Source: an uncultured Gammaproteobacteria bacterium
Lineage (GTDB): Bacteria; Patescibacteriota; Microgenomatia; Levybacterales; GWA1-39-11
DNA length: 55,838 nt
Assembly (NCBI GenBank): GCA_964511965.1
Contig: CAZEGF010000023.1
Span: 108,887 to 164,724 of the forward strand
Direction of reading: 5' to 3'
The translations under genes were made by a program, and so were the position numbers. A model generated the notes under the pieces. It had not been told where the DNA came from. It made no database searches and saw only the letters and a list, made by a program, of their open reading frames with translations. Of the stretch, positions 17,530 to 28,105 are shown piece by piece. Positions within the stretch are counted from its first letter, which is position 1; each line of letters begins with the position of its first letter.

Positions 17530-19223
17530 CAAAAATTATAAATCGATATTATTTGATAATCCTGGCTCTTATTTTTGTGCTAGCGTTTTTTTTAAGATTT
17601 AACAAGTTAGCAAGTATACCAAATGGTCTCTATCAAGATGAAACCGCAATTGGTTACAACGCCTATTCAATCCTTACAACCGGAAAAGACGAATATGGTA
17701 AAGCCTTTCCACTCTATTTCAAATCATTTGGTGATCAAAAGCTTCCTGTATATATTTATACAACAGTTATTAGTGAAAAATTATTTGGGGTAAATGCTTT
17801 TGCAGTACGATTTCCATCTGCTTTTTTTGGATTATTAACAGTTGGAATATTTTATTTTTTCGTAAGGCAATTGACGAAAGATAAAAAAATTGCAATTGTT
17901 TCAACTTTTTTATTAGCCATTAATCCCTGGAGTTTGGATTACAATAGGGCAACATTTGAGGTTAGTATTTGTCTATTTTTGTTTGTTTCAGGGTCATATC
18001 TTCTCCTTAAATCGTTTGAAAAGAAAAAATTAGGATTATTTTTGGGAGGTACTATTTTATTTATTACTTGTTTGTATTCGTACAATTTAACGCGACTTCT
18101 TTCACCGGTCTTGTATGGATTACTCCTTTTTTTAAACAAAAGAAATTTAAAACATGTTCCAAAACCGGAATATTTTGTGACAACAATTGTTTCTCTAATC
18201 CTTCTACTGCCATTTATTTTTTCAATTTTTTCAAGTGGTGGGGCATCGTCCGCAACCGGCACTTTTCTTTTTTCAAGTAATGCAGTTAAAGCTCCTCTAT
18301 TAGAGTTTCGGAGTTATTTTATATATCACGAGCTTTTTTCAAAACTTTTTCTTAATACGTGGGTTCTTTTGGTTTGGCAATATTTAAGTAATATAGTTAC
18401 TTATTTCTCAACACCTTTTCTTTTTGTTTCAGGATCAACCCATGGTAATCATGGAATTGGTAATTTTGGGCAATTTTATCCATTTGAATTTCCTCTTATT
18501 ATTTTTGGCATAATTGTATTGATTAAGAAAAAGATTGAGGGTAGATCCTTATTATTTTGGTGGGGTATTTTAACAATTTTAGTGGCGTCTCTTACCCGTG
18601 ATATCCCCCAGGCTACTAGAAGTATCTTTCTTGTAGTGCCACTGGAAATTTTCTCAGCAATTGGGTTGATTAGTTTAATTTCAGAACTAAAAGTAATTAA
18701 ACAAAAATATATACAATTGTCAGTTCTAATAGTAGTTATGCTTACCATTATTTATTCAATAGGTTTTTATTTTTCATCTTATTATGTAAGATTTCCTATT
18801 TATTACGCTAAACAGTGGAGACAGCAAGATGCGGAACTCTCAAAATATATAAAAGCAAATGAAAGCTACTACGATCACATTATATTTGATTCAAAGTCGG
18901 GTTTTATTTATACCTCGTATTTATTCTATTCCCTCTATTCACCTGACTCATTTTACAATGGAGTCAAAAGATTGCCTGATGACAAAGAGGGTTTTAGTAA
19001 AGTTGAAAACTTCGGAAAATTTGAATTTCGTGATATTAATTGGCAATCCGATTACAAAACTCCAAGAACATTAATAATTACAAATAATAATTCACGTCCC
19101 AAAGAAATACCCGTTGATATCACCTTTAAATATCCGGTTAGACCCGTTGTCCAATCAGTAGGTGAGGAATTAAGCATATTTCCGGTTGAGGATATTGCAT
19201 ATGAAGTTGTCAAATCTAAGTAA
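17526..19223 (+). CDS. GT39/PMT_2-like GT-C membrane glycosyltransferase, family member
   Basis: 'NGLYQDETAIGYNAYSILTTGKDEYGK.FPLYFKSFGD.K.PVY', 'RFPSAFFG', 'AINPW', and C-terminal 'YDHIIFDS....YTSYLFY'. The ATG at 17526 forms an ATGA overlap; the ORF track TTG at 17505 is less likely. Confidence 0.8.
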   Translation: MTKIINRYYLIILALIFVLAFFLRFNKLASIPNGLYQDETAIGYNAYSILTTGKDEYGKAFPLYFKSFGDQKLPVYIYTTVISEKLFGVNAFAVRFPSAFFGLLTVGIFYFFVRQLTKDKKIAIVSTFLLAINPWSLDYNRATFEVSICLFLFVSGSYLLLKSFEKKKLGLFLGGTILFITCLYSYNLTRLLSPVLYGLLLFLNKRNLKHVPKPEYFVTTIVSLILLLPFIFSIFSSGGASSATGTFLFSSNAVKAPLLEFRSYFIYHELFSKLFLNTWVLLVWQYLSNIVTYFSTPFLFVSGSTHGNHGIGNFGQFYPFEFPLIIFGIIVLIKKKIEGRSLLFWWGILTILVASLTRDIPQATRSIFLVVPLEIFSAIGLISLISELKVIKQKYIQLSVLIVVMLTIIYSIGFYFSSYYVRFPIYYAKQWRQQDAELSKYIKANESYYDHIIFDSKSGFIYTSYLFYSLYSPDSFYNGVKRLPDDKEGFSKVENFGKFEFRDINWQSDYKTPRTLIITNNNSRPKEIPVDITFKYPVRPVVQSVGEELSIFPVEDIAYEVVKSK

Positions 19224-20745
19224 AATTATTCTTTTTCCAATACTTTCAGGAATTTTAGCGATACCTGCAATTTTTCCTCTGGTACGTGGAGGATTTTTTC
19301 TTTCGGATGATGGTGGGTGGATGATTATACGGTTTGCAGCATTTTATTCAAGCTTTTCCGACGGTCAATTTCCGGTACGGTTTTTGAAAGGTCTTAACTT
19401 TGGTTATGGATATCCGGTCGCGAATTTTCTGTATCCAGGGTTTATGTATATGGCAACTCCATTTCATTTATTAGGTTTAGGCCTTGTTGATAGCGTAAAA
19501 GTTGTATTGATTGGAAGTTTTATTTTTTCTGCAATTTTTACTTTTCTATGGTTGCGTATTCACTTTGGAAAGTTAGCCTCACTATTGGGATCTGTACTTT
19601 TTATATATACCCCTTATCATCTTTACGATTTATATAAGAGGGGATCAGTTGGAGAGATTTTATCTATGACCTTTATTCCTTTAGCGCTTTTCGGAATTGA
19701 GAAGAAAAATTTCTATATCATCTCAGTTAGTATTTTTTTTCTACTTATAACCCATAATTCCATAGCATTTCTTTTTCTACCTATAATTTTTATTTATACG
19801 TATTTGGGAAATAAAATTTCAAAACAGACTATATACGGTTTTGTTACCGGATTGCTTCTTTCATCCTTCTTTACAATTCCGGCAGTATGCGAATTAGGAT
19901 ATACATATTTCAAAAAAACATCTATTTCAAATCCATTTGAGTATTTTGCAGACACAGGACTCGTAGGAGTATCTTCGATATTAATACTGGTAGTTTCTTT
20001 AATTCTTTTTAAATTTAAGAACAAAGCAAAAATCACTGCAAGTTTATTATTATTATTTATTGGTATTTCGATCCTCAGTATCTTTTTGAGCTGGCCATTA
20101 AGTGGATTCTTGTGGAAAAGTTTTATATCGCAATTATTGCAATTTCCATTTAGGGCTCTTTCTTTATTACTTCTTTCTACGTCATTTTTGGGGGCATATA
20201 TTGTTGATAATTTTAAAAAAAACTTTCAAATAATTGTTTTTTGCATTTTTTTAATTATTATTATTTTTACTTCATACAATTTTCTTGCTCCGAAAGAATA
20301 TACAGAAATTCCTGACAGTGTTTATGCGACAAATCCAGATACTACAACTGTTAAAAATGAATATATGCCAATTTGGGTTAAAGATTTTCCTCACACACAA
20401 TATAAAGATAAAGTAGAATTTTTAAATGGTAACGCAGATGTTTCTGATCTTGTTGAGAAATCAAATGTAATTTCTTTCAATTTGTCCAATGTAACTTCAA
20501 AAAATCTTCGTGTAAATACCATCTTTTATCCCGGGTGGAATGCATACGTTAATGATAGGAAAGTATTAATAAATTATGATAACGATAAAGGAGTTATGGA
20601 TATACCGGTAAATATTTATAGTAAAAATGTGAGGCTAGTTTTTTCCGAAACACCGTTAAGGTTATTTGCTGACGTGCTTTCTTTTATAGGGTTTGCGATA
20701 TTGGTACTGTATCCGTTTAATAAACTTATAAAATTCAAAAAATGA
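19201..20745 (+). CDS. PTPS_related / COG5617-type polytopic membrane protein, paralog 2 of 4
   Basis: 'DDGGW...RF', 'FPVRFLKGLNFGYGYPVANFLYP', 'KRGSVGE', 'THNS', 'QFPFR', 'FYPGWNAYVND'. The ATG at 19201 is preferred over the TTG at 19186. Confidence 0.7.
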   Translation: MKLSNLSKIILFPILSGILAIPAIFPLVRGGFFLSDDGGWMIIRFAAFYSSFSDGQFPVRFLKGLNFGYGYPVANFLYPGFMYMATPFHLLGLGLVDSVKVVLIGSFIFSAIFTFLWLRIHFGKLASLLGSVLFIYTPYHLYDLYKRGSVGEILSMTFIPLALFGIEKKNFYIISVSIFFLLITHNSIAFLFLPIIFIYTYLGNKISKQTIYGFVTGLLLSSFFTIPAVCELGYTYFKKTSISNPFEYFADTGLVGVSSILILVVSLILFKFKNKAKITASLLLLFIGISILSIFLSWPLSGFLWKSFISQLLQFPFRALSLLLLSTSFLGAYIVDNFKKNFQIIVFCIFLIIIIFTSYNFLAPKEYTEIPDSVYATNPDTTTVKNEYMPIWVKDFPHTQYKDKVEFLNGNADVSDLVEKSNVISFNLSNVTSKNLRVNTIFYPGWNAYVNDRKVLINYDNDKGVMDIPVNIYSKNVRLVFSETPLRLFADVLSFIGFAILVLYPFNKLIKFKK

Positions 20746-22430
20746 GACAAGCAAGCAAATTGGTAATCATATTAATAGTAATATTGGGGATTGGTACTAT
20801 ATTACCTTTACTTACTAACGGGTTTTTCTCTTTTCATGATAATACTCAAGTTGAACGGGTTTTTGAAATGGCAACTGCACTTGGGGACAAAATGTTTCCG
20901 GTTAGGTGGGTATCTGATCTAGGTTACGGCTATGGATATCCTATTTTTAATTTTTACGGGCCCCTCCCATATTATATTGGAGGGGCCCTTTCTCTAATAG
21001 GGTTTAACGCTCTTGTTGCTACAAAAATAATGTTTGTGATTGGAATTCTATTTTCGGGAGTAACAATGTTTTATCTCTCTAAAAAATATTTCGGAACTGT
21101 TTCAGCTGTTACCAGTAGTATTGTTTACATGTATTTTCCTTATCATGCTGTAAATATTTATGTAAGAGGTGCTGTTGGTGAATTTTTTGCGTATGCTTTC
21201 CTACCCATTGTTTTTCTTGGACTTTTTAAATTTTTTGAAATATCAAAATTAAAAATTAATACAAATAATTATTTCGCTTTGTTGCTTGTTGTGCTTGGAG
21301 TATTTTTAGTTTCAACATCACACAACTTAAGTATTTTTATGCTTATGATTTTACTGGTACCTTTTTTACTGATAGCAACATTTCTTACAGATAAAAAAAG
21401 GATTTTTTTAGTTTTGTCTCTTGGTGCAATAGTATTAGGTCTACTTTTGAGTTCATTCTACGTAGTCCCTGCCTTTGTAGAAATGGGAAAAACTAATGTT
21501 TCATCACAGATAGGGGGCGGTGCAAATTTCTCTGATCATTTTGTTTGCCCAGCTCAATTATTGGATAGTGCTTGGGGATTTGGAGGATCAACTAAAGGAT
21601 GCATGGATGGGTTAAGTTTTAGATTGGGTAAGGTAAATATTTTCTTTCTTGTTTTGACTCTTATTATTTTGCTTCGCGTGTTATTGAGAAAGAAAATTTT
21701 ACTGCAAGATAAATTAGCATTTATAAGTTCAATTCTCTTATTATTATCGGTATTTCTAACTTTGAGTATTTCAGAAGTTGTTTGGAAAAACATTTCACTA
21801 ATGCAGTATATACAATACCCCTGGAGATTTTTAAACTTCGTAGGATTATTCTTATCAATATTGATGGGATATTTTGTATTTAAATTATCAGTCTTTAATA
21901 AAAGAGTAGGAGTAATTTTGGGTTTTACTATAATTCTTTTGACATTGATTTCAAATTTAAAATTATTTACTCCTCAAAATTATACTTTTTATACAAACGA
22001 TTATTACACAAATTTAAATCATATAAGATTTGTTACGAGTAAAATTTCTGATGAGTATTTGCCTTCCGGGTTTGCAATTCCAAGATCAGTTTCAGATCTT
22101 CCAATATCACCGGTTGAGTTATTGAAATCTAGTGGAAATATTGGAGTAGTAGAGCACAAAACCGGTTATCTTAAAGCATCATATCAAGCGCTTTCGGACG
22201 GAGTAATACATATTAATTATGCTTACTTTCCTGGTTGGAATGCATATGTTAACAACCAGAGTTTACCAATCATACCAACAGCAAAAGGAATGAATATAGC
22301 TATTCCAAAAGGTGAGGGAGTACTCGTACTAAAATTTGTCCAGACACCGGTTGAAAAAGTTGGTAATATACTTACTATTCTTGCTTTTTTTGTATTGTTA
22401 ATTGGTATAATAAAATCTGCAAAGAATTAA
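20742..22430 (+). CDS. PTPS_related / COG5617-type polytopic membrane protein, paralog 3 of 4
   Basis: 'FHDNT', 'FPVRWVSDLGYGYGYPIFNFYGP', 'VRGAVGE', 'SHN', 'QYPWRF', 'YFPGWNAYVNN'. ATGA overlap. Confidence 0.7.
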   Translation: MRQASKLVIILIVILGIGTILPLLTNGFFSFHDNTQVERVFEMATALGDKMFPVRWVSDLGYGYGYPIFNFYGPLPYYIGGALSLIGFNALVATKIMFVIGILFSGVTMFYLSKKYFGTVSAVTSSIVYMYFPYHAVNIYVRGAVGEFFAYAFLPIVFLGLFKFFEISKLKINTNNYFALLLVVLGVFLVSTSHNLSIFMLMILLVPFLLIATFLTDKKRIFLVLSLGAIVLGLLLSSFYVVPAFVEMGKTNVSSQIGGGANFSDHFVCPAQLLDSAWGFGGSTKGCMDGLSFRLGKVNIFFLVLTLIILLRVLLRKKILLQDKLAFISSILLLLSVFLTLSISEVVWKNISLMQYIQYPWRFLNFVGLFLSILMGYFVFKLSVFNKRVGVILGFTIILLTLISNLKLFTPQNYTFYTNDYYTNLNHIRFVTSKISDEYLPSGFAIPRSVSDLPISPVELLKSSGNIGVVEHKTGYLKASYQALSDGVIHINYAYFPGWNAYVNNQSLPIIPTAKGMNIAIPKGEGVLVLKFVQTPVEKVGNILTILAFFVLLIGIIKSAKN

Positions 22431-22434
22431 TAAA

Positions 22435-23148
22435 ATGAATCAAAAATTGCCTGAACTTACAATCTTTTTTCCATTTTGGAATGAGGAAAAAAATGTTACA
22501 CATGTTGTTGAAAATGCGATTCCAATTGCATCCCAAGTGGCTGAAAAATGGGAAATAATAATTGTTGATGATGGGTCTTCTGATAAGACATTGGAATTAG
22601 GAAGGCAGCTTGAAAAAAAGCATGCGCATGTAAGGGTGATAACTCATTCTCCTAATAGAGGATATGGAGCTGCTCTAAAAGAGGGATTTGAAAATGCTAA
22701 ATATGAATATGTTGTTTTTACAGATGGGGATAGACAATTTGATTTTGTTGAGGTAAAAAAGTTGATTGAGTTAATCGATAGATGCGACATTGTAATTGGA
22801 TTTCGAAAAAGGAGAAGAGATAGTCTTTCGCGACACATCTTAATGTATCTTTTGAAATTTTGGGATTTTATATTTTTTGGATTTTATTTCAAAGACATCG
22901 ATTGCGGATTCAAATTATTTACAAAACACGCTTTAACGGAAATAATGCCGCTTCGATCTGAAGGTGCAATGATAACAACTGAAATTTTAGCCAAAGCAAC
23001 CCGCAAGAAACTAAAAATAAGGCAAGTTGAAGTAAATCATTATAAAAGGGAATTTGGAGCTCAAAGTGGTGCGAATATTGCAGTAGTAGTTCGTGCAATC
23101 TTAGAGAGTTTCATATTATGGTTTGATATTCTCAACAAGAGAATTTAA
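22435..23148 (+). CDS. GT2 glycosyltransferase, polyprenyl-phosphate sugar synthase type (DPM1/GtrB-like)
   Basis: 'TIFFPFWNEE', 'IIIVDDGSSDKT', 'GYGAALKEG', 'FTDGDRQFD', 'IDCGFKLF'. 237 aa. Confidence 0.85.
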   Translation: MNQKLPELTIFFPFWNEEKNVTHVVENAIPIASQVAEKWEIIIVDDGSSDKTLELGRQLEKKHAHVRVITHSPNRGYGAALKEGFENAKYEYVVFTDGDRQFDFVEVKKLIELIDRCDIVIGFRKRRRDSLSRHILMYLLKFWDFIFFGFYFKDIDCGFKLFTKHALTEIMPLRSEGAMITTEILAKATRKKLKIRQVEVNHYKREFGAQSGANIAVVVRAILESFILWFDILNKRI

Positions 23149-23179
23149 CTGTACTAATGGCAGACGAGAAATATTTTTT

Positions 23180-24634
23180 ATGGATGAATTTGAATTGCAT
23201 GCAATTGCCACTAAGTCTGTCAAAGGTGTTTTTGCCTTAGTCTCACGCTCTTTTCTTTTACAATTATTGGGTGTTGCTACCAGTTTTGTTCTTACCCTTT
23301 TTCTTGATCCGGCGAGTTTTGGGGTATTTTTTGTAGTAAGTTCTATTATTGTATTTTTTAATTATTTTCAAGATATCGGACTTGCTGCATCTCTTATTCA
23401 AAAAAAGGAGGATCCTAGTCTTTCCGAATTACGGTCTGTTTTCTTTATTCAAGAAGTATTAGTTCTGGCACTTATCATTCCTGCATTCCTATTTTCAAGT
23501 CAGATTGTAAATTTTTATAAATTGAATGGTGATGGTTATATTCTTTATATTAGTTTGCTTCTGTCATTTTTTCTAACATCTCTAAGAACTATTCCTACTG
23601 TTATTATGGAGCGAAGACTTGATTACACCAAACTCGTAGCCCCTCAGATTCTTGAAAATCTAACGTATAATGCTTGTCTTATTATTTTTGCAATCGCCGG
23701 ATTTAAGGTTCAAAGCTTCACCATAGCAATTCTTGCCAGAAGTGCAGTGGGTCTTGTTGCAACGTACTATGTTCAGCCATGGCAAGTTGGAATAGCATTT
23801 GACAAGAACTCTCTTAAAAAATTAATTTCATTTGGTATTCCTTTCCAGACAAATAGTATTCTTGCGTTATTTAAAGATGATTTTAGGACTATTTATTTAG
23901 GAAAGGTTCTACCGATAGCACAACTAGGATATATAGGTTTTGCTGAGAAAATGGCGAATTTACCACTTAGACTTGTTATGGACAATGTAATTAAAGTTAC
24001 TTTTCCCTCATTCAGCCGCCTTCAGGAAGATAAAGATGCGTTGAAATTAGCGATTGAAAAGTCGCTTTTTCTTATATCTCTTGCAATTTTTCCAATTGCA
24101 GTTGGCATTATATGTTACTCGCCATTTCTTATTAAATTTATTCCAAAGTATCAAAAATGGGAACCTGCCGTCTTATCTATAATGTTTTTTTCATTGGGAA
24201 GTGTTCTTTCTTCAATTTCTACACCCTTAACTAATTTTCTTAATGCTATAGGCAAAGTTAAAGTTACATTATATTTCATGGTTTTTTGGACGGTTGCTAT
24301 TTGGTTTTTGACGATTCCGCTTATCAGAATTTATGGGTATAACGGAGCGGCGATGGCTTCATTTCTTGTCTCATTGACTTCAATCTTTGTATTTTATGTT
24401 TCTAAAAAGTATGTCAAATTTAGAGTTTTTGGATCAATTTACAAGCAGTTTATAGCAGCTGCACTGATGTATGCTTTTGCTATTCTTACAAGTAGTTTTG
24501 TGAGCTCATTTATGCTCATGCTATTATTTGCAACCATATCACTTCTCGTATATTTTGCAGTAATAATGCTCATTGCCCGTACTGAATTCTTAAAGACTGC
24601 GCGTTTTGTTTTAAGTTCTGTTAGAAAGCACTAA
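23180..24634 (+). CDS. Wzx-type oligosaccharide/polysaccharide flippase (MOP superfamily)
   Basis: About 12-14 helices. The N-terminal pattern 'KGVFALVSRSFLLQLLGVATSFVLTLFLDPASFGVF.......FFNYFQDIGLAASLIQ' is typical of Polysacc_synt-type flippases. The ATG at 23180 is preferred over the TTG at 23123. Confidence 0.75.
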   Translation: MDEFELHAIATKSVKGVFALVSRSFLLQLLGVATSFVLTLFLDPASFGVFFVVSSIIVFFNYFQDIGLAASLIQKKEDPSLSELRSVFFIQEVLVLALIIPAFLFSSQIVNFYKLNGDGYILYISLLLSFFLTSLRTIPTVIMERRLDYTKLVAPQILENLTYNACLIIFAIAGFKVQSFTIAILARSAVGLVATYYVQPWQVGIAFDKNSLKKLISFGIPFQTNSILALFKDDFRTIYLGKVLPIAQLGYIGFAEKMANLPLRLVMDNVIKVTFPSFSRLQEDKDALKLAIEKSLFLISLAIFPIAVGIICYSPFLIKFIPKYQKWEPAVLSIMFFSLGSVLSSISTPLTNFLNAIGKVKVTLYFMVFWTVAIWFLTIPLIRIYGYNGAAMASFLVSLTSIFVFYVSKKYVKFRVFGSIYKQFIAAALMYAFAILTSSFVSSFMLMLLFATISLLVYFAVIMLIARTEFLKTARFVLSSVRKH

Positions 24635-24637
24635 ATC

Positions 24638-24646
24638 TGCTAAACT
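24638..24646 (+). promoter_or_regulatory. extended -10 box TGcTAAACT, 6 nt upstream of the ATG at 24653 (predicted internal leaderless start)
   Basis: Reads aatcTGcTAAACTacgaatATGaag, inside an 18-bp intergenic gap. The hexamer matches consensus at 4 of 6 positions, but the TGn extension is present. Confidence 0.4.
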
Positions 24647-24652
24647 ACGAAT

Positions 24653-25552
24653 ATGAAGGTAAGTGTCGTAATTTCCGCGTTCAACGAAGAAGTTAAAATT
24701 GAGAAATGTCTTCAATCACTTAAAAATTTCGCAGACGAAATAATATTAATAGATAATTCCTCAACCGATGACACAGTAAAGATTGCTAAAAAATATACTG
24801 ACAACATATTTTCTAGAGAAAATAATCCAATGCTAAATGTTAATAAAAATTTTGGATTTACAAAAGCTTCAAATGAATGGATATTAAGTCTAGATGCCGA
24901 TGAGATAATAACGGAAGAGCTTGCCTCAGAAATTAAAGATATCAAAGAGACAAATGACGTTAATGGTTATTATATTCCCCGTAAAAATATAATATTTGGA
25001 AAATGGATACGTCACACCGGTTGGTATCCTGATTACCAATTACGGTTGTTTCGAAAAGATAAAGGTAAATTTGCTGAAAAGCAGGTCCATGAAATGATCA
25101 CACTTGATGGGGTTACGAAAAATCTCTCAAATCCAATGCTTCATATGAATTATGAGAATATCAGTCAGTTTCTTAACAAGATGGTGAGAACATATACGGT
25201 TTCTGAAGCTGAAAACTTAAGAAGTCAGGGGTATAAATACAATGCATTGGATCTTATTAAAATGCCACTTTCGGAGTTTATCAAAAGATATTTTGCAGAG
25301 CGCGGATACAGGGATGGAATGCATGGCTTGGTTCTTTCTCTTCTTCAAGGGTTTTATCATTTTGTAGTTTTTTTAAGACTGTGGGAAGCAAATAATTATC
25401 CGGATGAGAAAGATACACAAGAATTATTAAAAGAAGGCAAAAAAATGATTTCCCACGAATTTAAGTATTGGGTTGCCCACGCACAAATTGAGAATGAATC
25501 AAACACCTTAAAAAAGCAATTATTGAAAGTAAAAAGAAAAATTCTTCACTGA
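24653..25552 (+). CDS. GT2 glycosyltransferase with a C-terminal helical extension (WaaE/LgtF-like subtype), paralog 1 of 3
   Basis: 'VSVVISAFNEE..IEKCL.SL..FADEIILIDNSSTDDT', 'SLDADE', 'YPDYQLRLFR', 'HGLVLSLLQGFY'. Same layout as 30386 and 50218. Confidence 0.8.
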   Translation: MKVSVVISAFNEEVKIEKCLQSLKNFADEIILIDNSSTDDTVKIAKKYTDNIFSRENNPMLNVNKNFGFTKASNEWILSLDADEIITEELASEIKDIKETNDVNGYYIPRKNIIFGKWIRHTGWYPDYQLRLFRKDKGKFAEKQVHEMITLDGVTKNLSNPMLHMNYENISQFLNKMVRTYTVSEAENLRSQGYKYNALDLIKMPLSEFIKRYFAERGYRDGMHGLVLSLLQGFYHFVVFLRLWEANNYPDEKDTQELLKEGKKMISHEFKYWVAHAQIENESNTLKKQLLKVKRKILH

Positions 25553-26460
25553 TGCATACTGTTATTATTTCCATTCTGCATTTCAATAATGATAAAGACA
25601 CTTTCAACTGTCTAAATTCGTTACTTGATTTAAATCTTTCAGGGATCAATCTAAAAACCTACGTGCTAGATAACGGTTCAAAACAAGCATTAGAACTTCC
25701 TACTCATAAATATGATACTCTTTCCCTCACGGTTATAAGAAACCCAGAAAATTCGGGTTTTACCGGGGGTCATAATTTGGTGTTTGGTAAAGTAGAAGAT
25801 ATGGATTTTGATTATTTCATGATTCTCAACAACGACACCATAGTTGAGAAAAATTTGTTGAAAGAATTGGTCGGAACAATTCAAAAAGAAGAAGTAGGTG
25901 CTGTTGTTCCTAAAATATATTTTACACGAGGGCATGAATATCATAAGGATAGATACAGCGAAAATGATTTAGGTAAAGTTTTTTGGTATGCAGGTGGGTT
26001 TATGGATTGGGATAATGTTGCAAGTAAGCATAGAGGAGTTGATGAGGTAGATCATGGTCAATTTGGTGAAGAAGAGGAAATTGGATTTGCAACAGGTGCA
26101 TGTTTGTTGATGCGAAAAAAATTAATTAAAAAAATTGGTTTGTTTGACGAAAAATATTTTTTGTATTATGAAGACGCAGATTTAGCACAAAGAATACAAA
26201 AGTCCGGATATAAAATCTTTTACAATCCTAAAGCAATTCTATGGCACAATAACGCAGGATCCTCATCTTCAGGATCTGCTCTCCATGACTACTATTTAAC
26301 AAGGAATAGGCTGTTATTTGGAATGACTTATGCACCTTTAAAAACAAGACTTTTTCTAATAAAAGAATCCGCACACCTTTTAAGAAAAGGTAGAGTATGG
26401 CAAAAAAAAGGGGTAAAAGACTATTATTTTCATAAACTTGGTAAAGGAAGCTATGAATGA
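25552..26460 (+). CDS. GT2 glycosyltransferase (WbbL/RfbF rhamnosyltransferase-like subtype), paralog 1 of 2
   Basis: 'NSGFTGGHN', 'ILNNDT', 'ATGACLLMRKKLIKKIGLFDEKYFLYYEDADLAQR..KSGYKI.Y.P.A.LWH'. One-nt TGATG overlap. Confidence 0.8.
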   Translation: MHTVIISILHFNNDKDTFNCLNSLLDLNLSGINLKTYVLDNGSKQALELPTHKYDTLSLTVIRNPENSGFTGGHNLVFGKVEDMDFDYFMILNNDTIVEKNLLKELVGTIQKEEVGAVVPKIYFTRGHEYHKDRYSENDLGKVFWYAGGFMDWDNVASKHRGVDEVDHGQFGEEEEIGFATGACLLMRKKLIKKIGLFDEKYFLYYEDADLAQRIQKSGYKIFYNPKAILWHNNAGSSSSGSALHDYYLTRNRLLFGMTYAPLKTRLFLIKESAHLLRKGRVWQKKGVKDYYFHKLGKGSYE

Positions 26461-28105
26461 AAAGTTATCAAAACATTTTGGGCTTATCCTTGTATTGATT
26501 TTATGTTCTCTTCCTCTAATAGGTTTGTTACAACCTGGTCTTCCTGTGACGCATGATGGAATTGATCACGTTGCGAGGATTGCAAATTTTTACAAAGGGC
26601 TAACAGAGGGAATACTATTTCCGCGCTGGGCGCAAAATTTGAATTGGGGATATGGACATCCAATTCTAATGTTTCTTTACCCATTCTCTTCATATTTTGC
26701 TTCACTTTTTCATCTTGTTGGTTTTTCATTCGTTGATTCTTTAAAGTTAATTTTTGGAATTGGTTATATAGCAAGTGGAGTAACAATGTATGTCTGGGCA
26801 AAAAAACAATTTAATGATTATTTCGGCATAGCAGCATCTCTTTTATATGTATACGCTCCGTACCGGTTTATTGACCTATATGTTAGAGGGGCAATCGGGG
26901 AACATATGGCATTTATTTTCCCTCCACTAATACTTTATTTTATCTACCAATACTTCAACATTAAGAAAATTCCTTTAAAAACGTTCTCATTTATTGGAAT
27001 CAGTATGTCATTTGCTCTATTTTTACTCGCTCATAATGCTATCAGTCTTATGTTTATTCCCTTTATAATTTGCTACTCATTGATACTTTCATATCAAAGA
27101 AAAAATTATAAAGAGTGTCTTTATGTTTTTCTGGCAATTTGTAATGGCTTTTTATTGTCTTCATTTTTTACGGTTCCGGCATTTTTGGAGGGGAAGTTCA
27201 CCCTACGAGATATAGTTACCGGTGATGAGTATAAAAACAGATTTGTAACCAATCCACTTTCATTTATTTATGGTGTATGGAGTTATGGCATAACAGGACA
27301 ATTTTCAGTTCAAATTGGAATTGCTCATATTCTAGGAATTTTAATTTTGCCGTTTGTGTATCTTAAAACAAATAAAGAATTCAAGATTTTACTCATTACC
27401 CTTTTTGTCTTTTTTGTTGGAGCAATAATTTTGATGGTTCCGCAGTCTAATTTCATATATCAAACTATTACAACATTGCAAAAATTTCAATTTCCGTGGA
27501 GATTTCTTTCACTCACTGTATTTACGAGCTCACTGTTAGGATCGGGGCTTTTTCTTGTAATAAAAAACAGTAAAGCAAAAAAAATAATACTTATAATCTT
27601 AATTCTAATTCTTTTAGGATCAACACTCACTTATTGGAAAGCAAAAGGATACACGAGAATTTCAGATTCTTTTTTCGAAAATGTTTATAACGGAACTACG
27701 GATACAGGGGAAAGTTCACCTATTTGGTCGGTTAGATTTATGGAAAAAAGACCAAAAGCTCATACCGAAGTAATTACAGGTGAAGCTCAAATTAAAGAAC
27801 AGATAAGAAAATCAACACTACACAAGTATAGTATTAAAGTAGAGTCAAATGAGGCAAGAATGCGCGAGAATACATTATATTTTCCAAATTGGAAAGTAAT
27901 TGTTGACGGACGAGAACAGAATATACAATTTCAGGATCCCACAGAACGGGGACTCATAACGTATACTTTATCAAAAGGAGTACATAATGTTTTAGTAAAA
28001 TTTGAAGATACAAAGTTACGGATGATATCAAATATAGTTTCTCTGATATCTCTAATAGCAACAATAGTTGTAGGTTTTACTATTCTGAAAAAAAATGAAA
28101 AATAA
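26453..28105 (+). CDS. PTPS_related / COG5617-type polytopic membrane protein, paralog 4 of 4
   Basis: 'THDGIDHVARI', 'FPRWAQNLNWGYGHPILMFLYP', 'VRGAIGE', 'AHNAIS', 'QFPWRF', 'YFPNWKVIVDG'. The ATG at 26453 overlaps the upstream stop. Confidence 0.7.
   Translation: MNEKLSKHFGLILVLILCSLPLIGLLQPGLPVTHDGIDHVARIANFYKGLTEGILFPRWAQNLNWGYGHPILMFLYPFSSYFASLFHLVGFSFVDSLKLIFGIGYIASGVTMYVWAKKQFNDYFGIAASLLYVYAPYRFIDLYVRGAIGEHMAFIFPPLILYFIYQYFNIKKIPLKTFSFIGISMSFALFLLAHNAISLMFIPFIICYSLILSYQRKNYKECLYVFLAICNGFLLSSFFTVPAFLEGKFTLRDIVTGDEYKNRFVTNPLSFIYGVWSYGITGQFSVQIGIAHILGILILPFVYLKTNKEFKILLITLFVFFVGAIILMVPQSNFIYQTITTLQKFQFPWRFLSLTVFTSSLLGSGLFLVIKNSKAKKIILIILILILLGSTLTYWKAKGYTRISDSFFENVYNGTTDTGESSPIWSVRFMEKRPKAHTEVITGEAQIKEQIRKSTLHKYSIKVESNEARMRENTLYFPNWKVIVDGREQNIQFQDPTERGLITYTLSKGVHNVLVKFEDTKLRMISNIVSLISLIATIVVGFTILKKNEK

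Noticed and set aside
23149-23179. Leaderless-type promoter for the Wzx gene (TGtACTAAT at 23150-23158) and a short alternative ORF from the ATG at 23157
   Set aside because: The box ends 21 nt before the in-frame ATG at 23180, so it does not fit the N6 geometry. The ATG at 23157 is out of frame and opens only a ~27-codon ORF. The start and promoter of this gene remain unresolved.
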